Assembly: GCA_040954595.2 (NCBI GenBank)
Contig: CM082581.2
Coordinates: forward strand, 14,125,250-14,189,249
Direction of reading: 5' to 3'
DNA from: Balanoglossus misakiensis
Lineage: Eukaryota; Animalia; Hemichordata
DNA length: 64,000 nt
Numbering within the stretch: position 1 is the first letter of the stretch; every line of letters begins with the position of its first letter. Below the pieces are notes generated by a model. The model was not told the origin of the DNA. It did not search any database and saw only the letters and a list, made by a program, of their open reading frames with translations. This document shows, one piece after another, positions 55,277 to 64,000 of this stretch. The translations under genes and the position numbers were made by a program.

Positions 55277-56030
55277 TTTTCTGAACAAAAGAGATCGATA
55301 TTGTGATTTAAAAACATGGCGACTGGAACTTCGAGGTTGAGGACGTTTGCTGTAGCTACTTTGTGCTATTTGGAGATGAAATACACTTGACTTTGGGAAC
55401 AAAGAGGTAAGTCTACCTCCAATTTATTCAGATTTACCACAAAAGTATGGGGCACAACAGCCATTCACAAATTCCTTCTTGACTAGACACGCCCGAGAAA
55501 TATACTGTCTGTAAGCATTTGACGATACATGGCGCAGACATCAATCGGCATGATCACAAGATTTCATAGAAATCAACAATTCAATGTTCACTTTGGCGAC
55601 CATTTTGAAATTTTTAAATATATTGATTAGTCAGGGCTCCTGTTTAATATGTGTACTCAGTAATTTCTTATTTCATTACTTTTATTGGAGGATCTTCAGA
55701 AATCCTCGAAGCTGAGAGAGCACTAATAAGTTTTTTTATGAGTTTTTTTCAAAGTGCACACAGTACAAGAACAAAATCATGCAAATATCAGCAGCCATCG
55801 CTACCTTTATAGTGCACAGTTTGAAGATATATAGCAGGCAGTGTTACAGGTGCTTGGTTTTACCAGAAACGACTTAATTTATTGTATTATACTTTGAATA
55901 AATTATGACGTTGATTTTAATAAAATATCACTAAAATGAAGTACATGTGTGGGCTGTTATTCTTAATTATTAAAAATCAGTATATACACACACCACTTAT
56001 TGGTTCTGTACATATTATTATTGTATTGAT
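55277..56030. repeat. Unique-sequence part of a tandem segmental duplication, copy 1 (~750 bp)
   Basis: Near-identical to 56522-57280. The offset changes from 1245 to 1250 through a 1-bp deletion and a 6-bp insertion (CACAACAGCC vs CACAACGTTAACAGCC). Confidence 0.97.
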
Positions 56031-56521
56031 TTCCGACTTTGCCAATTTTTTCAAATTTTCATGGGTTATAGCTCATGAAAATCATCAAAATTTGACAATT
56101 TTAAATCATCAAAATTTGACAATTTTCCGACCTCGCCACTTTCTTTATTTTTTCACATTTTCATGGGTTATAGCTCATGAAAATCATCAAAATCTGCCAA
56201 TTTTCCGACCAATCCAATTTTTTCACATTTTCATGGGTTATAGCTCATGAAAATCATCAAAATTTGACAATTTTCTGACCTCGCCAATTTCTTCATTTTT
56301 TCACATTTTCATGGGTTATAGCTCATGAAAATCATCAAAATTTGACAATTTTCCGACCTCGCCACTTTCTTTATTTTTTCACATTTTCATGGGTTATAGC
56401 TCATGAAAATCATCGAAATCTGCCAATTTTCCGACCTCGCAACTTTCATCATTTTTTCACATTTTCATGGGTTATAGCTCATGAAAATCATCAAAATCTG
56501 CCAATTTTCCGACCTATCCAA
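56031..56521. repeat. 78-bp satellite, outer diverged block (~6 monomers)
   Basis: Repeated TGGGTTATAGCTCATGAAAATCATCAAAA motif with internal indels and substitutions. Confidence 0.95.
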
Positions 56522-57280
56522 TTTTCTGAACAAAGAGATCGATATTGTGATTTAAAAACATGGCGACTGGAACTTCGAGGTTGAGGACGTTTGCTGTAGC
56601 TACTTTGTGCTATTTGGAGATGAAATACACTTGACTTTGGGAACAAAGAGGTAAGTCTACCTCCAATTTATTCAGATTTACCACAAAAGTATGGGGCACA
56701 ACGTTAACAGCCGTTCACAAATTCCTTCTTGACTAGACACGCCCGAGAAATATACTGTCTGTAAGCATTTGACGATACATGGCGCAGACATCAATCGGCA
56801 TGATCACAAGATTTCATAGAAATCAACAATTCAATGTTCACTTTGGCGACCATTTTGAAATTTTTAAATATATTGATTAGTCAGGGCTCCTGTTTAATAT
56901 GTGTACTCAGTAATTTCTTATTTCATTACTTTTATTGGAGGATCTTCAGAAATCCTCGAAGCTGAGAGAGCACTAAGAAGTTTTTAATGAGGTTTTTTTC
57001 CAAGTGCACACAGTACAAGAACAAAATCATGCAAATATCAGCAGCCATCGCTTCCTTTATAGTGCACAGTTTGAAGATATATAGCAGGCAGTGTTACAGG
57101 TGCTTGGTTTTACCAGAAACGACTTAATTTATTGTATTATACTTTGAATAAATAATGACGTTGATTTTAATAAAATATCACTAAAATGAAGTACATGTGT
57201 GGGCTGTTATTCTTAATTATTAAAAATCAGTATATACACACACCACTTATTGGTTCTGTACATATTATTATTGTATTGAT
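56522..57280. repeat. Unique-sequence part of the tandem segmental duplication, copy 2
   Basis: Direct repeat of 55277-56030, followed by the same satellite junction (TTGTATTGAT|TTCCGACTTTGCCAA). Confidence 0.97.
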
Positions 57281-59175
57281 TTCCGACTTTGCCAATTTTT
57301 TCACATTTTCATGGGTTATAGCTCATGATAATCATCAAATTCTGACAATTTTCCGACCTCGCCAATTTCTTCATTTTTTTATGGGTTATAGCTCATGAAA
57401 ATCATCAAAATCTGCCAATTTTCCGACCTATCCAATTTCTTCATTTTTTCACATTTTCGTGGGTTATAGCTCATGATAATCATGAAAATTTGACAATTTT
57501 CTGACCTCGCCAATTTCTTCATTTTTTCACTTTTTCATGGGTTACAGCTCATGAAAATCATCAAAATCTGCCAATTTTCCGACCTATCCAATTTCTTCAT
57601 TTTTTCACATTTTCGTGGATTATAGCTCATGAAAATCATCAAAATCTGCCAATTTTCCGACCTCGCCACTTTCATCATTTTTTCACTTTTTCATGGGTTA
57701 CAGCTCATGAAAATCATCAAAATCTGCCAATTTTCCGACCTATCCAATTTCTTCATTTTTTCACATTTTCATGGGTTATAGCTCATGAAAATCATCAAAA
57801 TCTGCCAATTTTCCGACCTCGCCACTTTCATCATTTTTTCACTTTTTCATGGGTTACAGCTCATGAAAATCATCAAAATCTGCCAATTTTCCGACCTATC
57901 CAATTTCTTCATTTTTTCACATTTTCGTGGATTATAGCTCATGAAAATCATCAAAATCTGCCAATTTTCCGACCTATCCAATTTCTTCATTTTTTCACAT
58001 TTTCGTGGGTTATAGCTCATGAAAATCATCAAAATCTGCCAATTTTCCGACCTATCCAATTTCTTCATTTTTTCACATTTTCGTGGGTTATAGCTCATGA
58101 AAATCATCAAAATCTGCCAATTTTCCGACCTATCCAATTTCTTCATTTTTTCACATTTTCGTGGGTTATAGCTCATGAAAATCATCAAAATCTGCCAATT
58201 TTCCGACCTATCCAATTTCTTCATTTTTTCACATTTTCGTGGATTATAGCACATGAAAATCATCAAAATCTGCCAATTTTCCGACCTATCCAATTTCTAC
58301 ATTTTTTCACATTTTCGTGGGTTATAGCTCATGAAAATCATCAAAATCTGCCAATTTTCCGACCTATCCAATTTCTTCATTTTTTCACATTTTCGTGGGT
58401 TATAGCTCATGAAAATCATCAAAATCTGCCAATTTTCCGACCTATCCAATTTCTTCATTTTTTCACATTTTCGTGGGTTATAGCTCATGAAAATCATCAA
58501 AATCTGCCAATTTTCCGACCTATCCAATTTCTTCATTTTTTCACATTTTCGTGGGTTATAGCTCATGAAAATCATCAAAATCTGCCAATTTTCCGACCTA
58601 TCCAATTTCTTCATTTTTTCACATTTTCGTGGGTTATAGCTCATGAAAATCATTAAAATCTGCCAATTTTCCGACCTCGCCACTTTCTTCATTTTTTCAC
58701 ATTTTCGTGGGTTATAGCTCATGAAAATCATCAAAATCTGCCAATTTTCCGACCTATCCAATTTCTTCATTTTTTCACATTTTCGTGGGTTATAGCTCAT
58801 GAAAATCATCAAAATCTGCCAATTTTCCGACCTATCCAATTTCTTCATTTTTTCACATTTTCGTGGGTTATAGCTCATGAAAATCATCAAAATCTGCCAA
58901 TTTTCCGACCTATCCAATTTCTTCATTTTTTCACATTTTCGTGGGTTATAGCTCATGAAAATCATCAAAATCTGCCAATTTTCCGACCTATCCAATTTCT
59001 TCATTTTTTCACATTTTCGTGGGTTATAGCTCATGAAAATCATCAAAATCTGACAATTTTCCCATCTCGCCACTTTCTTCATTTTTTCACAGTTTCATGG
59101 GTTATAGCTCATAAAAATCATCAAAATCTGCCAATTTTCCGACCTATCAAATTTCTTCATTTTTTTCACATTTTC
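57281..59175. repeat. 78-bp tandem satellite array (~24 monomers)
   Basis: Consensus RTGGGTTATAGCTCATGAAAATCATCAAAATCTGCCAATTTTCCGACCTATCCAATTTCTTCATTTTTTCACATTTTC. The 26-aa repeat in the ORF track confirms the period. Confidence 0.98.
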
Positions 59176-62100
59176 GTGGCTTAAAGCTCAGGAAAATCGT
59201 CAAAAATCGCCGATTTTTCGACTTTTCCCAACTTTCGAAATTCGTCGATTTTTGAAGAAATCATGGGTTATAGCTCAGGAAAATCGTCAAAAATCGCCGA
59301 TTTTTCGACTTTTCCCAACTTTCGAAATTCGTCGATTTTTGAAGAAATCATGGGTTATAGCTCAGGAAAATCGTCAAAAATCGCCGATTTTTCGACTTTT
59401 CCGAACTTTCGAAATTCGTCGATTTTTGAAGAAATCATGGGTTATAGCTCAGGAAAATCGTCAAAAATCGCCGATTTTTCGACTTTTCCCAACTTTCGAA
59501 ATTCGTCGATTTTTGTAGAAATCATGGGTTATAGCTCAGGAAAATCGTCAAAAATCGCCGAATTTTCGACTTTTCCGAACTTTCGAAATTCGTCGATTTT
59601 TGAAGAAATCATGGGTTATAGCTCAGGAAAATCGTCAAAAATCGCCGAATTTTCGACTTTTCCCAACTTTCGAAATTCGTCGATTTTTGAAGAAATCATG
59701 GGTTATAGCTCAGGAAAATCGTCAAAAATCGCCGAATTTTCGACTTTTCCGAACTTTCGAAATTCGTCGATTTTTGAAGAAATCATGGGTTATAGCTCAG
59801 GAAAATCGTCAAAAATCGCCGAATTTTCGACTTTTCCCAACTTTCGAAATTCGTCGATTTTTGAAGAAATCATGGGTTATAGCTCAGGAAAATCGTCAAA
59901 AATCGCCGATTTTTCGACTTTTCCCAACTTTCGAAATTCGTCGATTTTTGAAGAAATCATGGGTTATAGCTCAGGAAAATCGTCAAAAATCGCCGATTTT
60001 TCGACTTTTCCCAACTTTCGAAATTCGTCGATTTTTGAAGAAATCATGGGTTATAGCTCAGGAAAATCGTCAAAAATCGCCGATTTTTCGACTTTTCCCA
60101 ACTTTCGAAATTCGTCGATTTTTGAAGAAATCATGGGTTATAGCTCAGGAAAATCGTCAAAAATCGCCGATTTTTCGACTTTTCCCAACTTTCGAAATTC
60201 GTCGATTTTTGAAGAAATCATGGGTTATAGCTCAGGAAAATCGTCAAAAATCGCCGATTTTTCGACTTTTCCCAACTTTCGAAATTCGTCGATTTTTGAA
60301 GAAATCATGGGTTATAGCTCAGGAAAATCGTCAAAAATCGCCGAATTTTCGACTTTTCCCAACTTTCGAAATTCGTCGATTTTTGAAGAAATCATGGGTT
60401 ATAGCTCAGGAAAATCGTCAAAAATCGCCGAATTTTCGACTTTTCCCAACTTTCGAAATTCGTCGATTTTTGAAGAAATCATGGGTTATAGCTCAGGAAA
60501 ATCGTCAAAAATCGCCGAATTTTCGACTTTTCCCAACTTTCGAAATTCGTCGATTTTTGAAGAAATCATGGGTTATAGCTCAGGAAAATCGTCAAAAATC
60601 GCCGATTTTTCGACTTTTCCCAACTTTCGAAATTCGTCGATTTTTGAAGAAATCATGGGTTATAGCTCAGGAAAATCGTCAAAAATCGCCGATTTTTCGA
60701 CTTTTCCCAACTTTCGAAATTCGTCGATTTTTGAAGAAATCATGGGTTATAGCTCAGGAAAATCGTCAAAAATCGCCGATTTTTCGACTTTTCCCAACTT
60801 TCGAAATTCGTCGATTTTTGAAGAAATCATGGGTTATAGCTCAGGAAAATCGTCAAAAATCGCCGATTTTTCGACTTTTCCCAACTTTCGAAATTCGTCG
60901 ATTTTTGAAGAAATCATGGGTTATAGCTCAGGAAAATCGTCAAAAATCGCCGATTTTTCGACTTTTCCCAACTTTCGAAATTCGTCGATTTTTGAAGAAA
61001 TCATGGGTTATAGCTCAGGAAAATCGTCAAAAATCGCCAATTTTTCGACTTTTCCCAACTTTCGAAATTCGTCGATTTTTGAAGAAATCATGGGTTATAG
61101 CTCAGGAAAATCGTCAAAAATCGCCGATTTTTCGACTTTTCCCAACTTTCGAAATTCGTCGATTTTTGAAGAAATCATGGGTTATAGCTCAGGAAAATCG
61201 TCAAAAATCGCCGATTTTTCGACTTTTCCCAACTTTCGAAATTCGTCGATTTTTGAAGAAATCATGGGTTATAGCTCAGGAAAATCGTCAAAAATCGCCG
61301 ATTTTTCGACTTTTCCCAACTTTCGAAATTCGTCGATTTTTGAAGAAATCATGGGTTATAGCTCAGGAAAATCGTCAAAAATCGCCGAATTTTCGACTTT
61401 TCCCAACTTTCGAAATTCGTCGATTTTTGAAGAAATCATGGGTTATAGCTCAGGAAAATCGTCAAAAATCGCCGATTTTTCGACTTTTCCCAACTTTCGA
61501 AATTCGTCGATTTTTGAAGAAATCATGGGTTATAGCTCAGGAAAATCGTCAAAAATCGCCGATTTTTCGACTTTTCCGAACTTTCGAAATTCGTCGATTT
61601 TTGAAGAAATCATGGGTTATAGCTCAGGAAAATCGTCAAAAATCGCCGAATTTTCGACTTTTCCCAACTTTCGAAATTCGTCGATTTTTGAAGAAATCAT
61701 GGGTTATAGCTCAGGAAAATCGTCAAAAATCGCCGAATTTTCGACTTTTCCCAACTTTCGAAATTCGTCGATTTTTGAAGAAATCATGGGTTATAGCTCA
61801 GGAAAATCGTCAAAAATCGCCGATTTTTCGACTTTTCCCAACTTTCGAAATTCGTCGATTTTTGAAGAAATCATGGGTTATAGCTCAGGAAAATCGTCAA
61901 AAATCGCCGATTTTTCGACTTTTCCCAACTTTCGAAATTCGTCGATATTTGAAGAAATCATGGGTTATAGCTCAGGAAAATCGTCAAAAATCGCCGATTT
62001 TTCGACTTTTCCCAACTTTCGAAATTCGTCGATTTTTGAAGAAATCATGGGTTATAGCTCAGGAAAATCGTCAAAAATCGCCGAATTTTCGACTTTTCCC

Positions 62101-64000
62101 AACTTTCGAAATTCGTCGATTTTTGAAGAAATCATGGGTTATAGCTCAGGAAAATCGTCAAAAATCGCCGAATTTTCGACTTTTCCGAACTTTCGAAATT
62201 CGTCGATTTTTGAAGAAATCATGGGTTATAGCTCAGGAAAATCGTCAAAAATCGCCGAATTTTCGACTTTTCCGAACTTTCGAAATTCGTCGATTTTTGA
62301 AGAAATCATGGGTTATATATAGCTCAGGAAAATCGTCAAAAATCGCCGAATTTTCGACTTTTCCGAACTTTCGAAATTCGTCGATTTTTGAAGAAATCAT
62401 GGGTTATAGCTCAGGAAAATCGTCAAAAATCGCCGATTTTTCGACTTTTCCCAACTTTCGAAATTCGTCGATTTTTGAAGAAATCATGGGTTATAGCTCA
62501 GGAAAATCGTCAAAAATCGCCGAATTTTCGACTTTTCCGAACTTTCGAAATTCGTCGATTTTTGAAGAAATCATGGGTTATAGCTCAGGAAAATCGTCAA
62601 AAATCGCCGAATTTTCGACTTTTCCCAACTTTCGAAATTCGTCGATTTTTGAAGAAATCATGGGTTATAGCTCAGGAAAATCGTCAAAAATCGCCGAATT
62701 TTCGACTTTTCCCAACTTTCGAAATTCGTCGATTTTTGAAGAAATCATGGGTTATAGCTCAGGAAAATCGTCAAAAATCGCCGAATTTTCGACTTTTCCC
62801 AACTTTCGAAATTCGTCGATTTTGAAGAAATCATGGGTTATAGCTCAGGAAAATCGTCAAAAATCGCCGAATTTTCGACTTTTCCCAACTTTCGAAATTC
62901 GTCGATTTTTGAAGAAATCATGGGTTATAGCTCAGGAAAATCGTCAAAATCGCCGAATTTTCGACTTTTCCCAACTTTCGAAATTCGTCGATTTTTGAAG
63001 AAATCATGGGTTATAGCTCAGGAAAATCGTCAAAAATCGCCGAATTTTCGACTTTTCCCCAACTTTCGAAATTCGTCGATTTTTGAAGAAATCATGGGTT
63101 ATAGCTCAGGAAAATCGTCAAAAATCGCCGAATTTTCGACTTTTCCCAACTTTCGAAATTCGTCGATTTTTGAAGAAATCATGGGTTATAGCTCAGGAAA
63201 ATCGTCAAAAAATCGCCGAATTTTCGACTTTTCCCAACTTTCGAAATTCGTCGATTTTTGAAGAAATCATGGGTTATAGCTCAGGAAAATCGTCAAAAAT
63301 CGCCGAATTTTCGACTTTTCCCAACTTTCGAAATTCGTCGATTTTTGAAGAAATCATGGGTTATAGCTCAGGAAAATCGTCAAAAATCGCCGAATTTTCG
63401 ACTTTTCCCAACTTTCGAAATTCGTCGATTTTGAAGAAATCATGGGTTATAGCTCAGGAAAATCGTCAAAAATCGCCGAATTTTCGACTTTTCCGAACTT
63501 TCGAAATTCGTCGATTTTTGAAGAAATCATGGGTTATAGCTCAGGAAAATCGTCAAAAATCGCCGAATTTTCGACTTTTCCGAACTTTCGAAATTCGTCG
63601 ATTTTGAAGAAATCATGGGTTATAGCTCAGGAAAATCGTCAAAAATCGCCGAATTTTCGACTTTTCCGAACTTTCGAAATTCGTCGATTTTTGAAGAAAT
63701 CATGGGTTATAGCTCAGGAAAATCGTCAAAATCGCCGATTTTTCGACTTTTCCGAACTTTCGAAATTCGTCGATTTTTGAAGAAATCATGGGTTATAGCT
63801 CAGGAAAATCGTCAAAAAATCGCCGATTTTTCGACTTTTCCCAACTTTCGAAATTCGTCGATTTTTGAAGAAATCATGGGTTATAGCTCAGGAAAATCGT
63901 CAAAAATCGCCGAATTTTCGACTTTTCCCAACTTTCGAAATTCGTCGATTTTTGAAGAAATCATGGGTTATAGCTCAGGAAAATCGTCAAAATCGCCGAT
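59176..64000. repeat. 87-bp tandem satellite array (~55 monomers, truncated by the window end)
   Basis: Consensus ATGGGTTATAGCTCAGGAAAATCGTCAAAAATCGCCGAWTTTTCGACTTTTCCSAACTTTCGAAATTCGTCGATTTTTGAAGAAATC. Highly homogeneous with two common variable sites. The 29-aa repeat in the ORF track confirms the period. Confidence 0.99.

Noticed and set aside
55936-57398. Duplicated ORF MKYMCGLLFLII...
   Set aside because: A chance ORF in the duplicated flank that reads into satellite. The two copies end in different frames.
57847-59082. 148-aa and 261-aa minus-strand repeat ORFs
   Set aside because: Translation of the 78-bp satellite. The shared plus-strand SWVIA frame is also broken by an extra T just before the 78/87 junction.
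59263-63780. 1019-aa and 1132-aa repetitive ORFs
   Set aside because: An 87-bp monomer (multiple of 3) leaves two overlapping frames open. Frames swap at indels, there is no unique N- or C-terminus, and variation shows no codon pattern. This is satellite, not protein.
56031-64000. CRISPR-like appearance (palindromic repeat at regular spacing)
   Set aside because: The intervening sequences are near-identical rather than unique spacers, the context is eukaryotic, and there are no cas genes.
59176-64000. CENP-B box in the TTCG-rich monomers
   Set aside because: Neither strand of either monomer fits TTCG-N4-A-N2-CGGG spacing.

Overview
Animal (metazoan) genomic DNA, AT-rich and gene-poor, probably from an invertebrate deuterostome; the taxon is inferred from the receptor sequence and cannot be proven here. 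The only convincing gene is a D1-like dopamine receptor (class A GPCR, 51967-53298, +) with an intronless coding region. It is preceded by a 3' splice acceptor and two uORFs, so the upstream ~52 kb is probably 5'UTR intron or gene desert. That stretch holds microsatellites, several RFX X-box and CRE motifs, and heavily decayed transposon fossils (hAT, CACTA/EnSpm, Gypsy gag and integrase, possibly Academ), all recognised by eye from degenerate motifs. A layered satellite domain begins 2.7 kb after the stop codon. It comprises a 1.25-kb tandem duplication of the unique/satellite boundary, a 78-bp satellite with 156/312-bp higher-order periodicity that becomes homogeneous inwards, and an abrupt switch, inside a shared palindromic box, to a related CpG-rich 87-bp satellite. 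The 87-bp array runs off the window end. The >1000-aa ORFs there are artefacts of monomer lengths divisible by 3. No prokaryotic features, CRISPR arrays, rRNA or tRNA were found.
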